A stretch of DNA of 64,000 nt from Deltaproteobacteria bacterium (GTDB lineage Bacteria; Desulfobacterota_D; UBA1144; Nemesobacterales; CSP1-2): positions 36,840-100,839 of the forward strand of contig JBQTHB010000008.1 of NCBI GenBank assembly GCA_052390235.1. The letters are read 5' to 3'. Below are positions 16,233-26,140 of this stretch, in pieces. Both the position numbers and the translations under genes were made by a program. Every line of letters begins with the position of its first letter. The stretch's first letter is position 1. The notes beneath the pieces are model-generated. The model was not told where the DNA came from, ran no database searches, and saw nothing but the letters and a program-made list of their open reading frames with translations.

Positions 16233-18359
16233 TTATCCCTCGGCGGCGGCTTTATTAGGCTCATTGAGTTTCTTCCCAGCTTGGCGCTTCTGGGATTTTT
16301 CTTCAGTTATCACCTCGAGCCTGCCGTCAATCTCCTTGACGCGCTTTATCCCCTTGCACTCTGGGTAGCCCGTGCATCCGAGAAATTTCCCGTATCGGCT
16401 CATTCTAAGCGCCATTGGACGCGCGCACAGGTCGCAGAGGATGTCGCTTCGGACTTCCGGCTCCTTGCGCTCTTTGATTTTTATCTCGCCGCCGTCGCCG
16501 TACTCGAATTGCTTTGCGTTTTTGCACTCCGGGTAGCTGGAGCAGGACAGAAACTCCCCCTTTTTCCCCCACTTTATTATCATCATCGCGCCGCAGAGGT
16601 CGCATTTTACTTCCGTCGGCACGCCGTCGCGCTTGAGGCTCTTAAGGGAATCATCGGCCTTCTCGAGCCTCGATGAGAAATCCTTATAAAACCCTTTCAG
16701 AAGCTCAACCCAATTGACATTGCCTTCCTCGACTTTATCCAGCCCATCTTCCATCTCAGCGGTGAATTTTACGTCCATAATTTCGGGGAATCCCTCGACG
16801 AGAAGGTCGCTTACGGAGCGTCCCAAAAGTGTGGGCTTTAACCTGGTCTTCTCGCGTATTACGTACTCGCGCTCCTGAATTGTGGACAGAATCGCGGCAT
16901 AGGTCGAGGGTCTGCCGATGCCCTTTTCCTCCAATTCCTTGACGAGCGAGCTTTCAGTGAATCTCGGAGGCGGCTGAGTGAAATGCTGTTTTCCCTCGAG
17001 ATTTAGAAGGGCGAGCGTCATGCCATCGGTGAGGTCAGGAAGGCGTCTGTCTTCCTCTCTATCGCGCGCCTCTTCTTCTTCTTCCTTCACCTCCATATAG
17101 GCGGCGGTAAATCCGGCGAATTTAAGCGTCGAGCCAGTGGAGCGGAACCCCCCCCTGCCCGCTTCAATTTCAGCGGTGGTTTGGTCATAGACGGCTGGAG
17201 ACATCTGCGAGGAGAGGAATCTCTGCCATACGAGTTTATACAGTTCAAACTCATCGTCCGAGAGGAAATGCCTTAGCGAGTCCGGCGTTTTAGCTACGAA
17301 CGTAGGTCTTATAGCCTCGTGGGCGTCTTGGGCGGATTTTTTAACCTTAAAGACATTCGGGGTTTCAGGCACGAACTCCGGTCCGTAATTTTCGGCGGCG
17401 TAGGCCCTCGCCTCGGCGACGGCGTGGTCAGAGACTCGAACGGAGTCGGTTCTCATGTATGTGATGAGTCCCACGGGACCCTCTTTGCCAAGCTCGATTC
17501 CCTCGTAGAGTTTCTGGGCTATTGACATGGTTTTTTTCACCGTAAACCGGAGCTTCCGGGAGGCTTCCTGCTGAATAGTGCTGGTGATAAAAGGCGGAGC
17601 GGGATTTCTTATGCGGTCTTTCTTCTCAACTGAAATTACTTTGTAGGGGCTGTTTTTGAGTTCTGCGACGATTTCGGAGGCGAGAGTCTGGTTCTCTATC
17701 TCGATTTTTTTGCCGTCGTACCTGCTCAAGGTGGCGATAAAAGACTGCGCTTCTGTGTCTTCGGGGCGTTTGAGGGCGGCTTCAATCGTCCAATACTCCT
17801 CCTGCTTGAATGCCTCAATTTCCCGCTCGCGCTCAACGACTATCCTAAGCGCCACGCTCTGCACTCGCCCCGCGCTGAGTCCGCGCTTGACCTTCTTCCA
17901 CAGAATTGGGCTTAAGCGGTAGCCAACCAAACGGTCTAGGACTCTGCGCGCCTGTTGAGCCTCGAAGCGGTCTTGGCTAATGCGTATTGGGTTTTTTATC
18001 GCGTCCAGCACGGCGTTTTTCGTTATCTCGTGGATGAGAATCCTGTAGGCGTTGTCTTTGATTTTCAGTCTGTCGGCTATGTGCCAGGCTATAGCCTCGC
18101 CCTCTCGGTCGGGGTCTGAGGCGAGATAGACGTTTTCGACGCCCTTTGCCGCCTTCTGAAGCTGGGAGAGATATTTTTTCTTGTCCTTGATGACGACATA
18201 TTTGGGCTGAAAGTCCTTGTCCACGTCCACGCCGAGAGCGCCGCTGGGCAAATCAATCAAATGACCGGAGGACGCCTCCACGGCAAAATCTCTGCCGAGA
18301 TACTTTCTTATTGTTTTTGCCTTCGCAGGCGACTCCACTATTACCAGAGATTTGGACAT
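16233..18359 (-). CDS. topA: DNA topoisomerase I
   Basis: LVIVESPAKAK, ASDPDREGEAIAWH, SAGRVQS, LITYMRTDS (catalytic Tyr), two C-terminal zinc ribbons; AGGAGG RBS before ATG 18359. Confidence 0.99.
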   Translation of the reverse strand: MSKSLVIVESPAKAKTIRKYLGRDFAVEASSGHLIDLPSGALGVDVDKDFQPKYVVIKDKKKYLSQLQKAAKGVENVYLASDPDREGEAIAWHIADRLKIKDNAYRILIHEITKNAVLDAIKNPIRISQDRFEAQQARRVLDRLVGYRLSPILWKKVKRGLSAGRVQSVALRIVVEREREIEAFKQEEYWTIEAALKRPEDTEAQSFIATLSRYDGKKIEIENQTLASEIVAELKNSPYKVISVEKKDRIRNPAPPFITSTIQQEASRKLRFTVKKTMSIAQKLYEGIELGKEGPVGLITYMRTDSVRVSDHAVAEARAYAAENYGPEFVPETPNVFKVKKSAQDAHEAIRPTFVAKTPDSLRHFLSDDEFELYKLVWQRFLSSQMSPAVYDQTTAEIEAGRGGFRSTGSTLKFAGFTAAYMEVKEEEEEARDREEDRRLPDLTDGMTLALLNLEGKQHFTQPPPRFTESSLVKELEEKGIGRPSTYAAILSTIQEREYVIREKTRLKPTLLGRSVSDLLVEGFPEIMDVKFTAEMEDGLDKVEEGNVNWVELLKGFYKDFSSRLEKADDSLKSLKRDGVPTEVKCDLCGAMMIIKWGKKGEFLSCSSYPECKNAKQFEYGDGGEIKIKERKEPEVRSDILCDLCARPMALRMSRYGKFLGCTGYPECKGIKRVKEIDGRLEVITEEKSQKRQAGKKLNEPNKAAAEG

Positions 18360-18645
18360 CCGACCTCCTCCTTTATCATCAACGCGCATGAGATTGGCAA
18401 GTAGCGCCTGAGTGTGCCGGTAATTCCTGTGCGCGCTCACTAAGAATGTATCACCAAAAATTGCGCTTAGTCAACCTTTTCGGGCTTAATTTACACAATT
18501 TTAACCCGCTCGGAAAATCCGCAAACCCCTACTGCCCCGCCCCTCATCGGCATCAACCCTCAATTTCCTAATATCTAAAAACCCAAGTATCTTTATGGCG
18601 AAATAGTTAATCTAACCGTCCAAAGCTCGGAGCCTCGAAGCGCAG

Positions 18646-20241
18646 ATGAAACGAAACAGCCCCCGCGAACTTCAATTCGACTTTCTCATCGTCGGAAGCG
18701 GCATCGCAGGACTCTACGCCGCCCTCTACGCCTCAAAATTCGGACGCGTCGCCCTCATAACAAAATCCACGCTTGAGGAGAGCAACTCCTTTTGGGCGCA
18801 GGGCGGGATTGCCGCCGTCATGGATCCAGAAGACTCAACCCTCCTGCATCTCGAAGACACAGTTCAAGCCGGAAGGGGGCTTTGCAACGAAGAGGCGGCG
18901 CGAATCCTCGTTGACGAGGGACGGGCGAGGGTTTTAGACCTCATCGCATTGGGGATGAAATTCGACTCAGGCGAGCGGGGTCTGGAACTCGGCTTGGAGG
19001 GGGGACACAGGAAAAGGCGAGTGCTTCATGCCGGAGGGAATTCCACGGGAAAGGAAATTGTGCAGTTCCTAATTGCTTCGGTCAAGGCAAATACCGGTAT
19101 CGAGGTGTTCGAGCGGCTCACGGTGTCGAGCCTAGCCTCGGACGGGAAGAGATGCTTCGGGGCTTGGGCTTACGGCGAGAGCAATAATAGCCCCGTAGTT
19201 TTTGCTTCCGCATCCACCATACTGGCAACCGGCGGGGCTTCGGCTCTCTACGAGAGGACGACGAATCCCCCAAGCGCGGTGGGTGAGGGGATTGCGCTCG
19301 CCTACAGAGCCGGCGCCGAGCTTCGGGACATGGAATTCATTCAATTCCACCCAACGGCGCTTTACACCAATGGAGGGGCGAGCTTTCTCATCAGCGAAGC
19401 CGTCCGAGGCGAGGGGGCGCATCTCATCAATCACCGCGGGGAGAGATTCGCAGTGGACTATCACGAGCTTGGAGAGCTTGCCCCAAGGGACGTAGTGTCA
19501 AGAGCGATATTCAGCGAGATGAGAAAATCCGGTAGCGAGTGCGTGTTTTTGACGCTCAAGCGCCTGAATGGGGATTACATAAAGCGGCGGTTTTCCAACA
19601 TTTACGAGGCGTGTTTAAACCTCGGAGTCAATATTACAGAGGATTTAATCCCCGTCGCCCCAGCCGCTCACTACACCATCGGAGGGGTGAGGACTGGGCT
19701 TACCGGCGAAACTAGCCTGTCCGGGCTTTTCGCCTCAGGCGAGGTAGCCTGCACGGGGGTTCACGGGGCGAACAGGCTTGCGAGCAACTCGCTTCTCGAG
19801 TGCATAGTGTTTGCCAAGCGCGCCGTGGACGGGGCTATCGCATCGAGGGCTGAGTCCGCATCCCTGCCGGACGGAGAGGGGTGGGCGGATATGGAATTCT
19901 CGCCAAAGCCGCCGGATAAAGAGCGGTTTTCGCTCATCCGAGAGGGCGTCTGCCGCATTATGACCAGAGGGGTCGGAATAATAAGGAGCGCCGATGGTCT
20001 GAGGCAGGTGATCTCTTCCTTGGATGGATTCATGCTCGATGGGAAGAATCTCGGCGGGGGGTTGAGGCTGAAACTCGAGAACATGATAACTGTCTCATCC
20101 CTGATAGCAAAATCCGCCCTCCAGAGAACTGAGTCTCGCGGGGCGCACATCAGAGAGGATTTCCCAAACGAGGACGACGGCTGGAGGAAGCACATAGTCT
20201 GCAAAAAAGGGACTGAGCCATACGTCGAGGGGGATAAATAG
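18646..20241 (+). CDS. nadB: L-aspartate oxidase
   Basis: GSGIAGL, SFWAQGGIAAV, QFHPT, ELAPRDVV, GVHGANRLASNSLLE. Confidence 0.97.
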   Translation: MKRNSPRELQFDFLIVGSGIAGLYAALYASKFGRVALITKSTLEESNSFWAQGGIAAVMDPEDSTLLHLEDTVQAGRGLCNEEAARILVDEGRARVLDLIALGMKFDSGERGLELGLEGGHRKRRVLHAGGNSTGKEIVQFLIASVKANTGIEVFERLTVSSLASDGKRCFGAWAYGESNNSPVVFASASTILATGGASALYERTTNPPSAVGEGIALAYRAGAELRDMEFIQFHPTALYTNGGASFLISEAVRGEGAHLINHRGERFAVDYHELGELAPRDVVSRAIFSEMRKSGSECVFLTLKRLNGDYIKRRFSNIYEACLNLGVNITEDLIPVAPAAHYTIGGVRTGLTGETSLSGLFASGEVACTGVHGANRLASNSLLECIVFAKRAVDGAIASRAESASLPDGEGWADMEFSPKPPDKERFSLIREGVCRIMTRGVGIIRSADGLRQVISSLDGFMLDGKNLGGGLRLKLENMITVSSLIAKSALQRTESRGAHIREDFPNEDDGWRKHIVCKKGTEPYVEGDK

Positions 20242-20244
20242 GAG

Positions 20245-21093
20245 ATGATGAATAATAAGAATCTCGACTGGGCAAGGGTCATGCCCCTGATTGACGCCGC
20301 GCTCCGGGAGGATGTAGGCGATGGGGACATTACGACAAACCTGATTTTCCCACGGGGGGTGAGAGCCGGGGCATTCATCATGGCAAAGGACTTTGGCACG
20401 GCGGCGGGAGTGGCAGTGGCGGAGGCAGTGTTCAAGAAATTGGATGCCGAAATCCGCTGGACTCCCCGCAAAAGTGACGGAGACCCGCTCGCTCCGAATG
20501 AGATCATCGCCGAAATTGAGGGCGAGGCAGTAGCTATACTCACAGGCGAGAGGGTAGCGCTAAACCTCCTTCAGAGGCTCTGCGGCGTAGCCACGCTTAC
20601 CTCAAAATTCACCCTCGCCGTATCAGGGCTTCGGACGAAAATTCTCGATACCAGAAAAACCGCTCCCGCAATGCGCGCCCTCGATAAATACGCCGTAGCC
20701 GTCGGCGGGGGGACAAATCACCGCTTCGGACTCTACGACGGCATTCTCATCAAAGACAACCACATAAAGCTCGCGGGAGGCATCAGCGCGGCGGTCGAGG
20801 CAATTCGGCGGGGACTGATAAAAAACCTCCCGATAGAGGTCGAGGCTTCCACCCTAGAGGAGGTGCAGGAAGCCCTCGCGCTGGGCGTAGAGATAATAAT
20901 GCTCGACAACATGAACGCCGATAGAATCCGCCAAGCCCTTGGCATCATCGGCGGCAAAGCCATTACCGAGGCATCTGGCGGCATCACGCTTGAGAATGTG
21001 CGCCAAATCGCCGAAACGGGAGTGGACTTCATCTCCGTAGGGGCGCTTACGCACTCGGCTAAGGCTTTGGACATCGGGCTTTACATGGTATGA
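20245..21093 (+). CDS. nadC: Nicotinate-nucleotide pyrophosphorylase (carboxylating)
   Basis: DTRKT, NHRFGL, LIKDNH, IEVE, MLDN, SGGI, GALTHS. Confidence 0.98.
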   Translation: MMNNKNLDWARVMPLIDAALREDVGDGDITTNLIFPRGVRAGAFIMAKDFGTAAGVAVAEAVFKKLDAEIRWTPRKSDGDPLAPNEIIAEIEGEAVAILTGERVALNLLQRLCGVATLTSKFTLAVSGLRTKILDTRKTAPAMRALDKYAVAVGGGTNHRFGLYDGILIKDNHIKLAGGISAAVEAIRRGLIKNLPIEVEASTLEEVQEALALGVEIIMLDNMNADRIRQALGIIGGKAITEASGGITLENVRQIAETGVDFISVGALTHSAKALDIGLYMV

Positions 21094-21120
21094 TTACAGT
21101 CCGAAGAGAGAGCAAAATCC

Positions 21121-22089
21121 ATGAGCCGGAGGGCTAGAATGGAGAGCATCGAGAGGATAGCATCTGAGATAGCCCGCCTGAAACGAGAGAAAAATGCCGT
21201 CATCCTCGCCCACAATTACCAATTAGGCGAGGTTCAGGACGTGGCGGATTTTACGGGAGACTCGCTTGCCCTTGCCCAGGAAGCCGCCAAAACAGACGCA
21301 GACATAATAGTTTTCTGCGGCGTTCATTTCATGGCAGAGACGGCGGCCATCACCTGCCCGGATAAAAAAGTGCTAATCCCCGACATGGACGCCGGATGCT
21401 CGCTTGCCTCGACTATTGACGCCGAGAAGCTGAGGGCTTGGAAAAGAGAGCATCCGGGCGCGGTCGTGGTGTCTTATGTGAACACCACAGCCGAGGTCAA
21501 AGCTGAGACCGACTACTGCTGCACGTCGTCTAATGCGGTGAAAATCGTAAGCTCCGTCCCGGCGGATAGAGAAATCCTCTTCCTGCCGGATATGTTCCTA
21601 GGGGCTTACGTGGCGAAGGTTACAGGTAGGAAAATACATATCTGGAGCGGCGAGTGCCACGTTCACGCCGGGATTCGGGTCAGCGATATTAAAAACATGA
21701 GAGCCGCCCGCCCCCGCGCCGAGATGCTCGTTCACCCGGAATGCGGATGCACCACCTCGTTTCTCTATCACTCGGCGGACAGCTCCCCTGAGACATCCGA
21801 CATCAAATTTCTCTCCACGGGGGGGATGATAAACCACGCGAGACGCTCCCCGTCAAAGGAGTTCATAGTAGCCACGGAAACCGGCATACTCCACCGCATG
21901 AGGAAAGAGAATCCCGATAAAATCTTTCATGCCGCTAACGAAGAGGCGGTGTGTAGATTCATGAAGATGATTACGCTCGACAAGGTTCTGACCTCGCTCC
22001 AATATGGAATTTACGAGGTGAAAGTGCCGCAAGAGACCGCCGAGAGGGCTAGAAAGTCCATAGACCGAATGCTTGAGCTGTCGAGCTAG
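21121..22089 (+). CDS. nadA: Quinolinate synthase
   Basis: ILAHNYQ, CGVHFMAE, AGCSL, YVNT, CHVH, HPEC, CxxMK. Confidence 0.98.
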   Translation: MSRRARMESIERIASEIARLKREKNAVILAHNYQLGEVQDVADFTGDSLALAQEAAKTDADIIVFCGVHFMAETAAITCPDKKVLIPDMDAGCSLASTIDAEKLRAWKREHPGAVVVSYVNTTAEVKAETDYCCTSSNAVKIVSSVPADREILFLPDMFLGAYVAKVTGRKIHIWSGECHVHAGIRVSDIKNMRAARPRAEMLVHPECGCTTSFLYHSADSSPETSDIKFLSTGGMINHARRSPSKEFIVATETGILHRMRKENPDKIFHAANEEAVCRFMKMITLDKVLTSLQYGIYEVKVPQETAERARKSIDRMLELSS

Positions 22090-22204
22090 TACCCTCCCCC
22101 ACACGGCTTGCAGGAGATTCAGAACTAGATTTGCCGCCGGATTTGCCCAAGCCGAGAAACTCCCGTTATAATCACCAATTAATAGCTCATCAGAGCGATA
22201 TTTC

Positions 22205-22984
22205 ATGAAGCCGCCCAGAAGAAATCCCGTCTCAATCATACCCATCGCCAGCATCCCGGAAATCAAGCCGGGCGACGACCTCGTGGCAATAGTATCTGAT
22301 TCGATATTGAACGAAGGGCTGTCGCTCGCCGAGGGAGATGTTCTAGTCCTAGCGCAGAAGATAGTATCCAAAGCCGAGGGGCGAATCATCCGCCTGCAGG
22401 ACGTCGCGCCCTCCCCCTTTGCCCTGAAGCTCGCCGCAGAACTCAACAAAGACGCCGAATTGGTCGAGGTCATACTCTCGGAGTCGAGGAGAATACTCAA
22501 AGCCGAGCGCCGAGGGGATAAAGGGATGCTCATCGTCGAGACGAATCACGGTATCGTGCTTGCTAACGCCGGGGTTGACGCATCGAACGTGTCGGGCGGG
22601 GATACGGTTACGCTCCTGCCCGTTGACCCGGACGCATCAGCCCAGAGGCTTAGACGGGGATTCAACGAGAGATTCGGGGCGGACGCCGCCGTCATCATAA
22701 CGGACACCGTAGGCAGACCGTGGAGGGAGGGGCTTGTGGAAATCGCCATCGGATGCGCAGGGCTGAAGGCTCTTCGGGATTTCAGGGGGATGAAGGACGC
22801 AAAGGGGTTTGAGATGAGCGCGACGGTCATAGCAGTGGCAGATGAGATAGCGTCCGCCGCTGGGCTAGCGATGGGCAAAAATGACGCTGTCCCCGCCGTG
22901 ATAGTCAGGGGGTTTGAGTATGAGCGCGGCGGCGGCGGGACTAAGGAGATTATACGGGCCCGGGAAAATGATATTTTCCGCTGA
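22205..22984 (+). CDS. cofE: Coenzyme F420-0:L-glutamate ligase
   Basis: PEIKPGDDL, QKIVSKAEGR, ANAGVDASN, DTVGRPWREG, AVADEIASAA. Confidence 0.93.
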   Translation: MKPPRRNPVSIIPIASIPEIKPGDDLVAIVSDSILNEGLSLAEGDVLVLAQKIVSKAEGRIIRLQDVAPSPFALKLAAELNKDAELVEVILSESRRILKAERRGDKGMLIVETNHGIVLANAGVDASNVSGGDTVTLLPVDPDASAQRLRRGFNERFGADAAVIITDTVGRPWREGLVEIAIGCAGLKALRDFRGMKDAKGFEMSATVIAVADEIASAAGLAMGKNDAVPAVIVRGFEYERGGGGTKEIIRARENDIFR

Positions 22985-23037
22985 TTTCCGGCAGGGGGGG
23001 AATTTTTCAATTATAAACATGGGGAGGGCATTGTGGA

Positions 23038-24240
23038 ATGGTCAATCTCAAGCAGATTAAAGACGCGGCGAGGAAACTGAGGGATGTGGCTTATAAAACC
23101 CCGTCGGCTTATTCCTATTCTCTGAGTGATATTTCAGGGGCAAACGTTCATCTGAAACTGGAGAACCTACAGCGCGCAGGCTCGTTCAAGATTCGAGGCG
23201 CGTACAATAAACTCTCGAAAATCCGCAGGAAGGTAAAAAACGTCATCGCCGCCTCAGCCGGCAATCATGCCCAGGGCGTAGCGCTCGCGGCAAGGCTTCT
23301 GGGAATGAATTCAACCATCGTGATGCCGGAGATAACTCCAATAAATAAAATCCTCGCCGTCAAGAGCTACGGGGCTGAGGTTATCCTGCACGGAAACAAT
23401 TTCGATGACGCCATCCACCGCGCAAGAGAGGTCGAGCGGGAATCAGGCGATACATTTATTCACGCCTTCGACGATGCGGATATCATAGCCGGACAGGGAA
23501 CCATAGGACTCGAAATCGCCGACGCCGTCAAAAACATTGACGCAGTGTTCGTTCCCATCGGGGGCGGAGGGCTGATTTCGGGCATTGCCACGGCAATTAA
23601 GGAGATAAATCCGAGGGTGAGGGTGATAGGGGTGCAGTCGGCAAATATCGCCTCGATGTATATGTCAATAAAAAAAGGGGAGGTCGTCGAGGCTCCCTCG
23701 GCGCAGACCATAGCCGACGGCATAGCGATAAAGCGTCCCGGGGGGATAACGCTTGAAATTGTAAAGCGGCACGTTGACGACATCGTGAGGGTTGAGGAGA
23801 GCGAAATCGAAGAGGCGCTCCTTCTGCTCACCGAGAGGAAGAGAATCGTCGTCGAGGGGGCGGGCGCGGCGGCGCTTGCGGGACTCATCAAGCTGAAAAA
23901 CGACTACAGGCGCAGGAACGTCGCCGTTGTCGTGAGCGGAGGGAATATTGACATCAACACGCTCGCTAAAATTATTGACCGGGGGCTTGCGCGAGGGGGC
24001 AGAGTTATAAAGCTCATGGTGGAAATTCCAGACCTCCCCGGCTCTCTTGGGAAACTGAGTTCCCTGCTCGGCTCGGTCAAGGCGAATATCGTGCAGATAT
24101 TCCACGACAGATTCTCAAGAGAGCTTCCCATTGGGCGGGCAATAGTAGAAATCAGCCTTGAGACCAAGGGGTTCGACCACAGAACTGAGATTCTAAGACT
24201 CCTCAAAGACAACGGCTACGAACCAAGGGAAAAGAACTAG
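23038..24240 (+). CDS. ilvA: Threonine ammonia-lyase with C-terminal ACT domain
   Basis: KLENLQRAGSFKIRGA, SAGNHAQG, GGGGLISG, SGGNID, DLPGSL ACT. Confidence 0.95.
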   Translation: MVNLKQIKDAARKLRDVAYKTPSAYSYSLSDISGANVHLKLENLQRAGSFKIRGAYNKLSKIRRKVKNVIAASAGNHAQGVALAARLLGMNSTIVMPEITPINKILAVKSYGAEVILHGNNFDDAIHRAREVERESGDTFIHAFDDADIIAGQGTIGLEIADAVKNIDAVFVPIGGGGLISGIATAIKEINPRVRVIGVQSANIASMYMSIKKGEVVEAPSAQTIADGIAIKRPGGITLEIVKRHVDDIVRVEESEIEEALLLLTERKRIVVEGAGAAALAGLIKLKNDYRRRNVAVVVSGGNIDINTLAKIIDRGLARGGRVIKLMVEIPDLPGSLGKLSSLLGSVKANIVQIFHDRFSRELPIGRAIVEISLETKGFDHRTEILRLLKDNGYEPREKN

Positions 24241-24308
24241 AACGCCTCCTAGCTTCGATAATTGAGGCGGAAGTGGTCTCCAACAATCATTAAGCGATAT
24301 AGTTAACG

Positions 24309-24602
24309 CTATTTAGTTCCGAGAACGGCGTCTTTGCAGGCTTTTGAGATCCTAAATTTGACCGCTTCTTTAGCGGGGATTTTGATTTCCGCTCCCGTCT
24401 GAGGGTTTCTGCCTTTTCTCGCCTTTCTGCTCACGAGAACGAGCTTTCCAATACCTGGGAGGGTAAATTCCTTGTTGTCTTTCGCCTGCTCATAGGCAAT
24501 ATCGGCAAGCTCGTCCAGGATTTGCGCGGCGTGTTTTTTTGTTAACCCCGCCCTCTCCGCTATCTTATCGGCTATTTGAGATTTAGTCAGCGCTTTTGCC
24601 AT
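24309..24602 (-). CDS. HU family DNA-binding protein
   Basis: LTKSQI, LPGIGK, RKARKGRNPQTG, VKFR; GAGGAGG RBS before ATG 24602. Confidence 0.95.
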   Translation of the reverse strand: MAKALTKSQIADKIAERAGLTKKHAAQILDELADIAYEQAKDNKEFTLPGIGKLVLVSRKARKGRNPQTGAEIKIPAKEAVKFRISKACKDAVLGTK

Positions 24603-24697
24603 ATTAGTGCCTCCTCGTTGGGAATAACTTTTTGACAATATGACAGAAATTGGAAAATAAATCAATATTAATTATAAAAAAATAGGAGTTTAAAAAT

Positions 24698-24733
24698 AAA
24701 AAAAGGCCCCAGGGAATCTCCCCGGAGCCCTTT
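24698..24733 (-). terminator. Rho-independent terminator after the 97-aa secreted peptide gene
   Basis: GGGCTCCGGGGA-GAT-TCCCTGGGGCCT hairpin followed by a T-run on the minus strand. Confidence 0.85.
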
Positions 24734-24755
24734 GTCTAGTGCCTTACTGAATTAC

Positions 24756-25049
24756 TTAGTCAACCACTACAACAACGGCAGACACCGGTCCGGCGCTAAC
24801 GGTCGTTACGGATACTGCGCTGACAAGCGGGATGTTAATCGTCGACACTGTCGTGCCGGTGGAAACTAGGGAGCCAACCGCGGCGCCAACAACGGCGATA
24901 AGTTGCCCTTCAGTCGCCTGCATCTCAACAGCACTCAGGGTCTTGGATGCTACCTGCTCGCTTCCGAACAGGAAGTTGGCATCCGACGCCATGGCTACTG
25001 TTGAGAGAGCCATAGCTACAGCAAATGTAAAAGCTAATACTTTACGCAT
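24756..25049 (-). CDS. Secreted peptide precursor: signal peptide, LSxxEMxxTEG leader, hydrophobic Val/Ser/Thr core
   Basis: GGAGGTG RBS, own promoter and terminator, AMA-S signal cleavage site. Confidence 0.8.
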   Translation of the reverse strand: MRKVLAFTFAVAMALSTVAMASDANFLFGSEQVASKTLSAVEMQATEGQLIAVVGAAVGSLVSTGTTVSTINIPLVSAVSVTTVSAGPVSAVVVVVD

Positions 25050-25080
25050 ATGCTTACACCTCCATATATTTGATACCTCT

Positions 25081-25109
25081 ACGTTACACCATCGGGTTTT
25101 TTATGTCAA
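25081..25109 (-). promoter_or_regulatory. Sigma70 promoter of the peptide gene
   Basis: TTGACA-17 bp-TAACGT on the minus strand. Confidence 0.65.
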
Positions 25110-25312
25110 TAGAAAATTTAGGGAATAAAAAGAATTTAACGGCGGCTTAACGGGAAGTTTTCGCTGTTTTGAGCCATTTAAAGTAAAAATACGGCTCCGC
25201 GCTCCAATCCCTGAGATTCGGGCAGAGGGTGAGGTATGGCAGCGGAAAATTTAGCGATTGCACAAATTACCCAGTGAAATCAAAGATTCGCTCGAGAGCC
25301 AATAATAAGAAT

Positions 25313-26035
25313 CTAATCCGCGTTTCCGTGGTCTGCGTGGAGTCCGCATTCTCTATTGGAATCGCTCTCCCACCACCATCTACCCGCTCTGTGGTCTTCA
25401 CCCTGATGTACGGGGCGCGTGCATGGGGCGCAGCCGATGCTGGGGTAGCCTTTGTCGTGCAGGGCGTTGTAGGGGATTCGATTCGCCTTGATATAGTCCC
25501 AAAGGTCGCCCGAAGTCCAATTTATAATCGGATTAATTTTGAGTATTCCCCCATGCTGGCGGTCAATTTCAAACACGCGGGCGTCGGAGCGGTTTTCGGT
25601 CTGCTCGCGTCTTATTCCCGTTATCCAGCCGTCGAGCGTGGCAAGCATCCTCTTAAGAGGGCGCACTTTTCTAATATCGCAGCACAGAATCCTGTTGGGC
25701 TTCCCCTTGTAGAACAGATTCATCCCGTGCGTGTTTACCATCTGCTCGACCTCGTCCTTATCCGGGAACATGACCTCGACTCTGATTCCGTACTTCGCCC
25801 TCATCCTATCAATCACGTCGTAGGTTTCCTGATTGAGCCTCCCGGTGTCGAGTGTAAACACCCTCGCCTCAGGGTTAATTTTAACCATCATATCAATGAT
25901 GGATTCCGCCCCGAAGCTCGAAGCCAGAGCCACTTTTGGATGCAGAGCACTGAGCGTCCACCTCAGAATTTCCTGAGGCGTTCTGCGCCCGTATTCTCTG
26001 TTTAGTTCATCAACCTGTTCCTGAGTGAACTGCAT
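25313..26035 (-). CDS. cysH: Adenylylsulfate (APS) reductase, thioredoxin-dependent, 4Fe-4S type
   Basis: LDTG, CCDIRKVRPL, GYPSIGCAPCT, RAGRW, ECGLH. Confidence 0.95.
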   Translation of the reverse strand: MQFTQEQVDELNREYGRRTPQEILRWTLSALHPKVALASSFGAESIIDMMVKINPEARVFTLDTGRLNQETYDVIDRMRAKYGIRVEVMFPDKDEVEQMVNTHGMNLFYKGKPNRILCCDIRKVRPLKRMLATLDGWITGIRREQTENRSDARVFEIDRQHGGILKINPIINWTSGDLWDYIKANRIPYNALHDKGYPSIGCAPCTRPVHQGEDHRAGRWWWESDSNRECGLHADHGNAD

Positions 26036-26140
26036 CTGCGGTTATACCCACTCCTCATCTGACACACGCCGCCGAGGGCAATTTAAAGGAGAGACGCTCC
26101 TGCCCGTTAGTTGAAACGCCGCCCCCTTTGGATTCAAACT

